DNA of 63,525 nt, filler included, from Intoshia linei (taxonomy: Eukaryota; Animalia; Orthonectida): the NCBI GenBank assembly GCA_001642005.1. It is 6 parts of 6 records of this genome, joined end to end, with 100 filler letters (N's around TTAATTAATTAA, not from the genome) between each part and the next. Parts side by side here need not be neighbours in the genome. Positions count along the whole stretch, not along the records: positions 22,718 to 38,412 come from LWCA01000903.1; positions 38,513 to 48,625 come from LWCA01001306.1; 4 more parts are not named here. One strand, given 5' to 3'. The translations under genes and the position numbers were made by a program. The notes under the pieces were generated by a model. It was not told where the DNA came from. It saw only the letters and a program-made list of their open reading frames with translations, and searched no databases. Of this stretch, positions 27,985 through 41,500 are shown piece after piece; the first letter of the stretch is position 1, and every line of letters starts with the position of its first letter.

Positions 27985-28923
27985 CGTTGTACATAACGTG
28001 TAAATTAAAATTTATTTTAATTACTCCATTTTTACTCGAGACACTTTTTTCATAACGTAAATTTCATAACCATACAATGTAATAAATAGAAAAGGTATGC
28101 TTATAATACGGAACTAAACTATAATCATTTCATTTTAAATTATATATTACATATTTCGGCAAACGTACAGTTGCTGGTCCGCCGTGGCGCATCGTTCTTC
28201 GTTGAACGAAATTGTTTGAAACGCTTTTACCAATATTCAATAATTTCAACATTGATAAGTTCAGTCAAATAAAGGTTTGTACATTTATTCCATTAGTAAC
28301 TTATGCAACTTGAGTTTAGTTAACACATGTAACTTGTGCAATTAAATATTGAAGCTAAACATGCATTTTAACTCTGGTGACCGGAGTCTGATCATGTTTT
28401 ATTTATATTAGAGAGGATACAGGGTTTCAACATTTATATGGACAAAATTGTAGACCACGGAACGAGATTCGAATCTACCAGTCTACTAAACTCGAGGCTT
28501 GAAATTGACATCGAAATTTGAACATTGATTATGATATTCAAGAATATGATTTTTTAATGCACTATTTGGAAGAATTAAGCCATCAATAGTGGCCCACCAC
28601 CTTAAATAATTTTCAAAAGTTATCGAGACCCCATGAATAGGCGCCTTGTAGTGCGATAGGTTTGGATTTACATGGAACGACGTGTCTCGCTAAACATTAG
28701 CTATAAAAGGTTGATATCCACTTTTTTAAATAACAAAAAATTTAATTTTGCTCCAATTAGTTGTAAAAATAAAATAATTATGCTATATGAACATAAATTA
28801 AAATCACCAACAATAAAAATTAAGATTGTAATTATTTGATAATTGGAGTGTTGTTTTTATATTAAAAGCACTGTTCAATTTTGTTTAGAACGTTATTGTA
28901 CATATTGTATAAGGAATTTTACC

Positions 28924-31900
28924 ATGAATCTGTCAGATGAAGAATATAGAGGTTTATTTTAACATAACTGTTTGGATTTGTCTTATGAGGCAAGTAAAAT
29001 TAAATTAAATCATTTTCCAGTACATTTATATAGCTCTTTAAGTTAAAATTTAATATTAAAATTAAAATTATGTTGTATTCTTGTATTATGTAATGCTCAA
29101 ATTTAAGATATCTGCCCGTTTCAAACAAAATTTCAGTGGTTTTAATTTTTTTTAAAACAATATAATGTATTGCTTTTCAATTGTTATGATTCAGAGTTTC
29201 AAGTTGAGAGTAGAGAAGTTTTATTTTTTTTGAAATGGCGCAAAAATTAAATTTTTCAAACACGCAATTATTTAAGATTTGTCTTATCTATTATTATCTT
29301 TAACTCGATATCATTTTGTAATTTTTATTGAAATGTCATAAAACGCTAAAAATATGCAAAAGGATGTTTAAATTGCAAAAATTGTTTTACAATTCTACAA
29401 ATATAATGTAAAATTAAATGAAAGTTAAATTATGAATAGAATTAGAACAGGCTTTTCAAATTTTTGACAAAGACGGAGATGGAACAATATCATCGGATGA
29501 ATTAGGAATTGTAATGCAATCTCTAGGTCAAAATCCCTCAGAAGATCAACTGCAGGAAATTATTGAAGAAGCTGATATTGACGGTAAAAATTACATGTCT
29601 ATAACTGTTTTCGCAACAAAACATGGGTCGAGATAAAAATTAGTTGGATTTGTTCCCGTCATGGTTTACTTCAATTTTAGTTTTTTATTTCTATACTTAA
29701 TTAACATTTTATTTTTTTTTCCAATTACACACATTTTTCGGAATAAATTTTAATAAATTTGGGTAGTGCTGGGTTTAAACGACTATATTTTATGGACTAT
29801 AAAATCAAGAATTATTGATTATAATTATAAAATATAGATTTAACGTTATATCTTCACCGTCGATTGCACAACTCATATTTGAAGAAATTATATCGATAAA
29901 ATGTTAAAGTAAATATTAATTGTTGCTATCCAAAAACAAGTGAATCATTTAAGTTATTTTCGTAAACCGTTTAATAAGGCTTACTAAATTCTTTTTCTGA
30001 TAATGTGTTACTATGCATTATAATGTAAAATTATTGTATTGCATGGATCCAATTGTGACGGCTTAAGGATAAATTTAAGTCGATGAAACTCTGAGGTGAT
30101 TTAATTTTGTATTTTAAAGTGATTTACTTAAATTTTATCCAAAATGTTACCATTTTACAGAGCAGTTATTCTTAACCCGTGCGCCGCAAAGATATTTGAG
30201 TTTATTTTATAAAAAAGTTTTTTTATATTTTAGTTTCTATTTTAAAAATTTTTATAAATTAAACTTTTACATTGACATTTCTCTAATAAACATTTTTTAA
30301 TGTTTATTGAACAGGGGTGTCAATTATACGGCCCCCAATTATGGAATGTGCGGCACGCGTTATAATATAAATTTTTATTTTTTATAACAATTTTTTACAC
30401 ATATTTCTTATTTTACAGTTTTTTCATATATTTTTCATGATTTATTTATTCATTATTACAATATTAACATTATTTTTACACTTATTCCAATTTTATTGTT
30501 TCATATTATGAATTAAAATTATTATAAATTAATTAAATTTGTTAGTTTTAACATAATTTTTGGAGTAAAGATTTTTTTTGTGCGGCCTGCGTAATAACTT
30601 TTTTTCACATTTGGCCCGCCAAGCAAATTGAGTCTGACACCCCTGCTATTGAATATAATAATGTATTCATATTTAATAATATTGTCAACTCCAAAAATAT
30701 CAATACATTTCATCATACATCAAAAGTATTTTTTTATTGTTATTACAATTTTTTATTTTTATCGTTTTATGTTTAAAATTTTAATTATTTCACAAGTGCG
30801 CCCTGAAGTAAAAATAGGTTAAGAAGCACTGTAACAGTGAGTGAGTTACGTTAGATTTTTTGTTTTTTATTCCGAAACAGGGCTGTAGAGGGCCATATGG
30901 CCTAGACTACAATCATGAGTGGCCTACTTTTTAAATTTATTAATAGGTAATCTTGGAAAATTTCTTAAGTATACCAAAATTATTTCATTTTTATGTTGAC
31001 CAATGCGATTTCCCACGGTTATTTATAATTTTTAGATGATGAATGGTCGATTAAGCAATGCATAGAGGCATACAATTTTCATTTGACCCGAACATACTGC
31101 TGGTTGTCCACGGGCCTGAGCGAAACAACAAACTTTTTTTGATATGCAGCCTTTGCTAAATTTTATTATATAATAAAGATTTTTAGTAACTATTTTGTTA
31201 TTTTTTAAATTTCTTCCAAAACTACCCATTAGAAAGAAGATTGAGAAACACTTATCTAAGATGTACTGCTAGTTGATTTTATTTATTTTTTTTACTTTAT
31301 TACTCAAAACTTAATTTTTACTCATTTTTATTTTTCAATCTTCATATTCATTCAAATAAATCAATAATATTTACATTAATATAGATTTAAACTGAATAAA
31401 CATTTTTGAAATGTAACGTATTGTAATTGTATAAATCATTGTATCTGAAATGAATTTTTTTTTGTAATTATCATTATTATAATATCCAAATAATCTAGTT
31501 TTTAATGATCATTTTATATGTTCAATAAATCAAAATTTAGATACATATTATTAAGATTTTTAATTGGAATAATACAATTTAATGTTCATTCATGACATTA
31601 TACATACATGTATGAGTGGTCTCAGTTTCATCCCATATATAATTTAACCAGGACAGAAACTTTAGTAGGTCATCATAATTTTCCTGAAAAAAACAATCTA
31701 AATCCCCTTCCAGCTTTCATGACAAAACAATTTGATCATTTTTTTTGTATAACTATACTTTAAATTAAATATTTGATTTTGTTTACCTTATTGATATTAT
31801 GGTTTTGTCATGATTTGTGATTTTAGGAAACGGAATAATCGATTTCGAAGAATTTGTGCTTTTAATGATGAAACATAATACTTCCATAGAAAGTAGAGAA

Positions 31901-32161
31901 AATTTAAAGGAAGCTTTCCGTTTATTCGACGTTAATAACAATGGATATTTAACTATTGAAGAATTATATGAAATGATGACAAATCGTGGTGAAAAACTAA
32001 CTGATGATGAATTTACAGAAATGATTCAAGAAATTGATATTGATAACGATGGTCATATAGAATTTGATGGTTTTAAATTAAATTAATACTAGTATCAAAT
32101 TTGTTATTTAGAAATTGTTAAAACATACATTGGAGAAGATTATGGAGATGTCGAAGATTAA
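28924..32161 (+). CDS. Calmodulin-like EF-hand protein (4 EF hands, 4 exons)
   Basis: [10 protein letters not shown]|[48 protein letters not shown]|[13 protein letters not shown]...[19 protein letters not shown]...[28 protein letters not shown]|[15 protein letters not shown]. Too divergent to be calmodulin itself. Confidence 0.93.
30312..30645. mobile_element. hAT MITE in the calmodulin-like intron
   Basis: CAGGGGTGTCA ... TGACACCCCTG TIRs; 8-bp flanks TTATTGAA / CTATTGAA (7/8 match). Confidence 0.8.
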
Positions 32162-32663
32162 TTAAATTATAATTACACCCACATTATATTAATTTTTTAA
32201 TAAAATTTTGTAATCGTCATTTTTAATATTTGTACATTCATATTATTATGCATAATTAGTGTATATAATTTTATTTTTCTCTGTGAACTATTCACAGTGA
32301 ACATTATAAAACTAATTAGTTAAATTTAAATTTCTAAATTGATCTGGTCGCTCTTGGTATAGTCTCCACTAAGGATGGGCAACCTACGGAACGTGGGCCG
32401 GATCCTGCCAGCATAATTTTTTTTAATCCACTGTCATTTTACTAACAACTAAATAATATTAACAGTGGGTAGTAAATTTTTAATGTTTTCGGTCCCGCCA
32501 AATTATCAAAATCTAATCATCCGTCCCGTTACCATCATAAGTAGCCCGACAATAATAATAAAAAATAAATAATTAATTGTAAGAAACTCCACGACTTACA
32601 AAATTGTTATCGATACACTTATATAGAAGTTAATTTAATTAAACTTTATTGAACATAACAAAA

Positions 32664-33495
32664 ATGACTGAGAATGAAGACAAAGCGATTGAAAACTCTT
32701 CCAATGTTGTAAATACTCAAAACTCGGATGTTGTACAAAATACAAATCAAAGTGACAATGTAAACTATTAATTGAATAAATTCATAACATTTTAGAACAG
32801 AAATACGACAAATTGGTTTTCTATCATTAAAACATTAGTTTTTAGAATGATTGTGTTTTATTTTATAACCAGCTTTTTTCGTAAAAGTGTCAATAAAGTA
32901 GAACCAAATGCACCGACTTCCATGCATATTTACAAGAACGCTTATCTGCAGAATGAATTAATTGTAAGTTTAATTTATTTTTTTATCTATTGCAGTGTGG
33001 GTTTAAAATTTAAAGACACAAACATTAACTAATTTTCAATGTTATTGTCTATTTTTGAGATATATAATCATATTTCGGGGACGTTCATTCGCACAACCGA
33101 ACATACAGTATTGAGACCTTTATTGGGGGGTTTAACGAATTTTTTGTAAAATGAAGCCTATTTTTTTCAAACTAAGCATTTAAAAAAATTTTCAATGGCA
33201 TTATTTTGTGTCAAATTTAAACTGCTTATTTCAGACACGTGAAGATGTGGATAGTGGCTATATGGAATTATTTCATATGGTTCGGTTGAGTTTCTTTCTG
33301 ACACGACAGGGTTTTATATTATGTTTTAAATGATTTTTAATTTAGGATATATTTTTATATCTCAGCGAATCACCACACACTGTCAATTTTGAAAAACCAT
33401 TATTCCTTTTGAAAAAAATTAAATTTGCAAGTTATGAAAATGGTGATGATGACTATGGAACGTATACTAAACAACATCGTTATTTTCTAACAAAG
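32664..33495 (+). CDS. CLPTM1: CLPTM1 family membrane protein, first three exons only
   Basis: MTENEDK...|NRNTTNWFSIIKTLVFRMIVFYFITSFFRK...YKNAYLQNELI|DIFLYLSES...IKFASYENGDDDYGTY parallels the CLPTM1 N-terminus as I recall it (WQVIKGVLFRIFIIWAISSWFRR...NLFPKDTLMNLHVYISE...VYGDWTSGENSDGCY). No further exons were found before the 38413 gap. Confidence 0.8.
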
Positions 33496-33592
33496 GTTTG
33501 TTTATGTATTTTGTATAACATTGATTCCGAACGTTTTTGGTTTTGCGACCTTTTTACTAAAATTATGACTTTTCCTTTTTAAAATTTAAATA

Positions 33593-35420
33593 CAGTCGGA
33601 CCTGTATATATTGAACACTAACAGAAAAAATAACGATGTTCATTATAGAGTTTATAGTGAACTTTTTATTATCCTTAAAATGCTGATTTTTCGACTTGAA
33701 GCGTAATAACAAAGTTTGATCGAATCAAAATATTTTTGAAAATAGTATATTAATACTACCGAATATTCACGAAAAAACTAAGTAAAATTATATTCAATGT
33801 TTTAAATTTTTTTTAATGTAGAAAATTAATCAGTTATTTTAGCTTGTCTCGACAATTTTTCCGATATTATACCATTTATCACTTTGAGTATATTATTAAT
33901 TCCATTCGGATAATTTTCAACGTACCATTGTTGCCAACTGTTTAGAAATACATAGAGCTTCGTAAGTATGTATTGTCGTTTCAATGGGAGTCTGACAGTC
34001 ATTTGATTTTACGGATTCGACGTCACTGTCGGTACCTAGATCAATATTTTGAAGGAATACCTCATCTGTAGTTATTGTTGTATCATATGCTGGAAAATCA
34101 TCATCTAAGTTACTATTTAGCGAGTTAGATTCTAATTCGTCATTGTCTATAGCTTGGTTATCGATTATGGCATCATCTCGATATACCAATGTAGTAATTT
34201 TTTAATTTATAAATGCTTTTTTGAAACAATTTATTATACGTTTTTTTGAAACATTCTCCCACGCCATGAGAATATTTGTATAATTTGAATTTTTTTAATA
34301 AATTTTGATAATCCAGATCTTCATATTCTGGGTTTTCCATTTCAATAAGTATAATCATGTTAATAATGCGCTTGTATTGCTATTTGAACGAGTGTATAAT
34401 CCCTTGATCGAGTGGTTGTATCTTAGAAGTCGTATTCGGAGGTAGAAAAAACAACTCTACATTCGATTATTGAGTACATTTTGGGTGAACAGTTGCGTTG
34501 TCTAGAATTAAAAGAATTTTTCTATCTTCATTTTTCATCCATAAATTTAAATCTGACAACCATGATTCAAAAATTATTAATGTCATCCACGACTTTTTGT
34601 TACTTTTATAGGAAACATTTAATTTTTCAAAATGTAAATTCTTAAAATCTCCAGGGTTTTTAGATTTTCCAATAATTAATAATTTTAACTTCTCGCCTAA
34701 CATGCTTACACAGAATAGTATAGTTATACATTCCTTGCTGAACTTACTACATGCTTTATCTACATTCGATAATGTTTCCGTTCTGTTAGAGGAACATTTG
34801 TAAAACAATCCAGATTCATCACAATGAAAAATATTTTTGTGGTTATAATTAGTAATTTTTTTTATGTAAATATCCTTTAAATTTTCAATTAGAATGGGAT
34901 AAGCAAGCCTCTCTTCACCAATAACTTTTTTTGAAAGAACTTATCCAACCATTTGAAGCCTTAAAATCTTCAATTTTATAAGTTTGAGACAATTTTAGAG
35001 CCATTTTTTTAATCATTTCGTCAGATAAAATAAAATGTTTCAACCTTTTAAATTCAATTCATTCAAATAGTTTTTCATTTATTTTAGAGATTTTAAAGAA
35101 GCTTCTATTACGGATGATCTTATCATCTTGAATGAGAATATTGTGAATTTTTAATTATTCCATTAATGCCGCCCAGATATAATTTAAATTTCTTAGCCAT
35201 ATTTCGTTGGCTATGTTTTATTTTCCTCATGAAACAGTATTTGTTTTTTTCTCCAATTGACAAATTTTTACGCTTTTTATCGTTCATTATATAATGTAAA
35301 AATAAAGTGCAAATCATATTATTTGATTCAAATTACAATGAGATTATACAAAAATAAAATATTACCTTCATTTTGAAAGGTGTTCACTGTTCATTACCGT
35401 ATTGTTCACTATACTTCCAT
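33593..35420 (-). mobile_element. Decayed Tigger/pogo transposon (CENP-B HTH plus DDE_1 transposase pseudogene)
   Basis: Broken minus-strand ORFs: KKRKNLSIGEK (HTH start), IFHCDESGLFYK, KECITILFCVSMLGEKLKLLIIGKSKNP, YKSNKKSWMT..IFESWL, ILLILDNATVHP, FLPPNTTSKIQPLDQGII. One terminus TA|CAGTCGGACCTGTATA lies at about 33591; the other was not found. Confidence 0.9.
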
Positions 35421-38400
35421 ATAAAGTGGATTTTTTTGTGGATCAAATGAGATGATAACAAGGACTGACCCCTGATTTTAATCTTAACGTTATTTCGATA
35501 TTTAAAAGAACTATCATATTCAGAAATGCTATCAACTTATGACTCATAAGTTATGAGAATAATTTTTGATGATGTCTCGGTTATACAATTACAGATATTT
35601 AAATAAGGTGCTTGTAGTTCAGAGAACAAAATTTAATTGGATCAATGGCTGATTTCTTCGTGTAACTTGTATCTATTTTTATCATAGATTACCAGGAGAG
35701 TCACTTATCAGTTTAGATAATTGAACTGGCTTTGGAGGATAACTATTTTGGTTAATTAAAAGTTGCTCAATTTGATCAAATCCATACATGATTCCGATTT
35801 CATTGGAACTCCCTGTAGTGGGTTTCGATAAATATTTAATAACACAAAATTATATTTAAAAGTGTTTGATAATTTTATATATAGAGAATGTCTTGAGTAA
35901 ATATTGATAAAGGTAAATGTTTATATTCATTGCGTTGTTATATACACGCTACACTCCCGAAGATGATATTGATTTTAAAATAATCCCATCGATATTAATT
36001 CTGTTATTTTTTTTGTCAAAGATATATTTCATTTTCAGACTCAAGATACTTGAGGCTTTAAGGATTCCTTGTAAATTATCAGAAATCTGTCATTTTGATC
36101 AAACTTTATTAAAGATATAGGAAATATTTGAATAGGGATATAGACTGTAAATGTCCATTGATGGATAATGTATATAATATTCCAAAATTAATACCCAGAG
36201 CTGTTGATAAAGTTCCGTGATTGTTTTGTCAAGGTGTCAAACTGATAACAGCTATTCTCGTAAATTAAATTCGATGGATAACAAATATCAATATAAAACT
36301 GATAATTTTTAGCTATTTCTGAAAAACAGAACATATCATTCTACGTGAAATTCAAATTTTAAATAATATAAAGCATATCCTTGATTAAGCCACAAAAAAA
36401 TAATTACAAAATATTTATAACGTTAGTATTTATGAGCCTTTTTAAGTGATAAATCATATGTAATACATTAAATTTCAAAGGGTTAAATAATCATGTTATC
36501 ATTCAAATATTAAAGCAATTGTTCGAAAATTCAAATTCTGTACGAACCACCAATCCTAATTTCTTTTTATATCGCATGCCCATAAAATATAAGAAAAACT
36601 TAAAAAAAATTTGATCAAATAAAAGAAAAATCTACTATATTCTTGGTCATATAAAATGTAATGTCTATCGATATTACCACACATTTTTATTATTCATTGC
36701 GGTATGTGATAAAACTATAGGGCACTTATACTTTCGTCACGTTATTATAAATTTGAGAGTATATATTCAATAGTATGATATTAAATAAAAATTAAATTCC
36801 CTAAAAAGGTAAAAATTGATAAGCTTACACAGAATGGTTATAACGATTCAAACATCACGACGCTTAACAGAAGTAGGTGTTGCATCAAATTTGCGATAAA
36901 GCATCAAAGAAAATCTGTAAAATATTAAAACTTATTTTAAATTTAAAATGGGTTAAATGTCAATAAGATCTGATATAAATTTTAAACCAAAGGATGGACA
37001 CTAATTTTTTTAAATTAGAACGAAATAACATTACACATAGTGATGGTTTACCACCCTAAATAAATTTGTGTTTTTTGCATAGATTTTAATAAATAACAAA
37101 ATTGTAACATTCTCATAAAAATAATACTCTGATTAATTAGATCTGACTGAAACATATATTATGACTTTTAGTATATTTATTTGACTGATATATTATTCTG
37201 GAAAAGATGTTTCGTTTTAGGAACCTTTGCGCGATAAAGGTTAACATGGTTATTTACTTTTATGAAATTGATTAAAATCGGTATCGGGAAATATTGTTGT
37301 ACAATATATGTTGTATAAATCCATATAATATTAATTATTTTTTTATAAAATAGAAAACACAAAATAATGGTACACTTTATTTACACTCTTTTCTCAGCCC
37401 TCACAATGAAGCATTATCTTCAAATAAAACAGCATTGGTTGTTAATCGTAATTTATTTTTTTCTGTAAAAATGTTGTTATTGCATTTCTAGGAATCTGAT
37501 ATTGTGCTTATTGGTATTTTTTAAATTTCAATCTAATTGAAGTGGTTTCTGTCCAATATGATTGTGATGGGTCGGATAGTTATTAGATTAGTTAATTCAA
37601 ATTATATATCAAGAGTATATAAGACGTTTACTAGCGCCGCGGTACGAACAGACAAAATATTTTTAAAATATTGATGAACGTGTAAATATGCTTAATTAAC
37701 AAAAAAAAAAAGTAAATTAATAGTAAATTAGAATAAAATTAAATGTATAAGTAATGTTTAATAATTTACTGTATTAGACTTTGACATTTTTAACAGCGTT
37801 AAGATTTACTTCTTTTAACAACGTACAAATATTTTTTGAAATTTTCGATTGTTTTAGGAAGTCTTCTAATTTTCTCTTTCTATATTTTGTGTTGTTAGAC
37901 GGAAAATTTTTATTGAAATCAATTCTGTGATTGATTTTTTTTGGTATGTTTTTCGTTTTTATAAGTACAGTCAGACTTGTGGATAGTGAACATTTGGTTC
38001 TGAATTATTTTAATGTTCACTATAAAAAAATAATGAACAATGAAAATGACAGTGAAATAAAACATTATTAATCATGAATCTAAGTTTATTTTCTATATAA
38101 GTCAAGTTAGTATAGTAATATCAGTTAAGTTCATTATCAACAAGTCATATCTATAAACATTTCTGTTTACATCAAGCAATAATTTTTCTGGGGGAATTGG
38201 TGCTACATCATTTCTCTTTGTAATTTGTGCTTCTTATCTACATCTAGAACAGCGGTTCTAAACATACTTCGCAGTTGGTACCCCTAAACTATATATACTT
38301 ATAGAAAACTATTATTAATTAACTTATAGATACTTTTCATGGTTGTAACAGACTATTAAATACACCTTTTTCGATTCAAATCAAAAAATCTGACATTCAA

Positions 38401-38512
38401 ATTAACAAATTTNNNNNNNNNNNNNNNNNNNNNNNNNNNNNNNNNNNNNNNNNNNNTTAATTAATTAANNNNNNNNNNNNNNNNNNNNNNNNNNNNNNNN
38501 NNNNNNNNNNNN

Positions 38513-41500
38513 TGTAATGAGAAAGATTATTATCTATTATAATTTATAATATAAATAAAATTTATTAATTAAAAATTTTAATAAAGCTGATTGTAATTAA
38601 TAATATATAGTAAATTAAATCAAATAAAATAATATTCATATTATTAAAATTAAAATGACTACTTAGGCAAATCAAAAAATTTTTTTTAAAATCAATTACA
38701 GTCAAAATAATTAGTTATTTAAAAATAACAAAAAAATTTAACGGAATTTCACCATTAATATTAACATGTGCATTAGGACAGAGCCCAACATACCATGAAT
38801 TATAAAATCATCCCTAATTGATTTTTTTAAATTAAAATTCATTTATAAAATAAAAAAAAATTGATAAAATTTTTTTAAATTGTATTTCAGACTTACGGAC
38901 AACAGACATATAGTTTTGACCCCGAATCGGGGACAATTATTCAAGGAATATTGTTGTTGTTGTATGGGTCAAATAAATAGAATTATAAAGAAAGAATATC
39001 GAAAAATATTGATAAAACTCATATGTATGCCAAAAAAAATATCAGGGGAGTACATGATTTTTAATTTTTAAAAAAAGTTGCAATTTCTTTCTTACAAATT
39101 AAATATATTACATATATACATGTATTACATATTTCATATATATTTATATTTTAATATTTTTTTATTATATTAATATTTTGAATTTATATTATACTATATA
39201 ATATGTATTATATAATAATGTTATATGTAATATGTAACATAACTTATTACATTTATAATATAAAAAATTTTTAAATTTACATTATTAAGCTGGTAAATTT
39301 GACATATCATGTAAAATACATTAATTACTATTTAACTATTTTACTATACTATTTAAAAAAGTTTCAAATTTTACCTATATTATAATCAGTATTGTACACT
39401 ATAAATATGGTATACTGTTGTGTATGTCAAATACTTATTTTTGTAATTATTATATATCATAGTTTTCATGGGTTGATAATTTTTTTTGAATTTTTTAATC
39501 ATATCTAATTTTGGATATTTTTATGTAAAAAAAAACAGTTAAGTTAGTGTAAGTTAAATCATGATATTTAAGATAATAACATATGTGTATGTAAGACTAG
39601 TGAATCCATTATAATGTGAATAACTACATTTTAATTTATTATAAAATTAAATTTGTAAATAAATCTGCAAAATAATAACTATAATACTAATTAAAATCTA
39701 AAGTAGATACACATTTAACGCGATAAAAATGTTGAATCTACTTTGATAAACATTTCATTATTATACTAAATAAATAATAGATGGTATTAAATTTTTATTT
39801 TAATTAAACATGTATTGATTAAATTTTAATATAATAGATGGTAAATATTTTACATTATAACTAAACAAATAATATTTATACAAATATTTTTAATTTTTAT
39901 ATTTTTAACTATTTTGATATTTATTTATTCAAGATTGTAAAATTTTATTTGCAAATTTTAAATTATTATTAATAATTATCAATTAATAATAATTTATAAT
40001 CTATTAAACAGATAGTATGTTAATAAATATAAATACCAAATTTAACAAAATATATAATATTAAATTAGGACAGAGCAGAACCTATTAAGTTCGAGGCCAT
40101 CCGAAAATAAAAAATAAGTCCATAAAAAAATTTTTAGAGTCGATGGGTGTCAATTGGTCACATAGAACCTAGCTATCCTATAAAACTATTGAATTGACAT
40201 TTTAAATTTAACACAAAAAAAGTAATAATATTAAAAGATGTAAACTGTAAGGTTTTTAAAAGATTTTAACAAATTGTCTTTACTTTTGTAATTTATAATG
40301 GTAGTCAATGAATTCACCGACTCAATGGGAATATGACCAGAGTTCTCTATTGAAAAGCCTCCTAAGGATATAAAGCATTCTATTATCTGTTAGAACATCT
40401 ATTTTTTCATTTTCATTGGATCCCTTTACAAATTACCATAATATAACATTAATTTTTAATGTAAATAATAATTAATTTAATGTAAAATAATGTATTCATA
40501 ATTTATTATAATAAATACATTAATTAACTAATGAACTTGTAAATTAAATAAAATTATGATTTATTTCAAAATATAGACGGTATAACTTGTTTTCAAATTT
40601 AAAATATCAATAATTATTATAATAATAGTCATTAATTATAATTTATATATTATAATTTAAAAAGACTGTAAATGATTAGTTATTAACTATATCTGTCAAA
40701 TGAAAAATTTGTTAAATTATCAAAATTAAAATTTAGTACGTAATACATATTAAATAAATTATCATTATATATCAATTTTTTCTAATTACTTTGAATTTGA
40801 CCACTTTTGTTACAATAATGTTTATATGGTTCACAATAAATGAATGTAAATATGGAGATTAAGTACTATAATGTAAGAGTTTAGATAAACTATTTTATTA
40901 TCAAATTATAAAGTACCTGTGAAATTTATTTAAAATATGTATTCTCATTTTTCACTAATATTTATATGCCACGAAAGATTAAATTTTCCTAATAATACAT
41001 ATATTTATTACATAAATATACAATTCAAATTAATATAAATTTAATTTAGTAAGTAATATTGTAATAATGGGACAAAATATATCAATAAAAGAATTAATAA
41101 TAATATGATAAGAAATTATTAATTTATTAAATTATAATAGATGGTACTTAATGATTAGGAAAAATCGTATTTCTGTTATTACACGTAACTTACGTGACGT
41201 AAGGCAAATTATAACACCAAATAATTTTTATAGACTGTAAATTTATTAATTATTTATATATCCTCCATATGTATATATATGTATATATGTTAATATATAA
41301 ATTATAATCATAATATATTTATTATATGTAAAATAGTAAATGTAATCAATCAAATGATGTAGACGGTAAATATACACGTTTAGATACATAGAATAATGAG
41401 ATAGTTCATTATGTTTTTGTTATTCATTATTTATTACATTTTTACTTTATGAATTAGACGGTATATGCGATTAATAATTATTTAAATTAACATTTAAATA

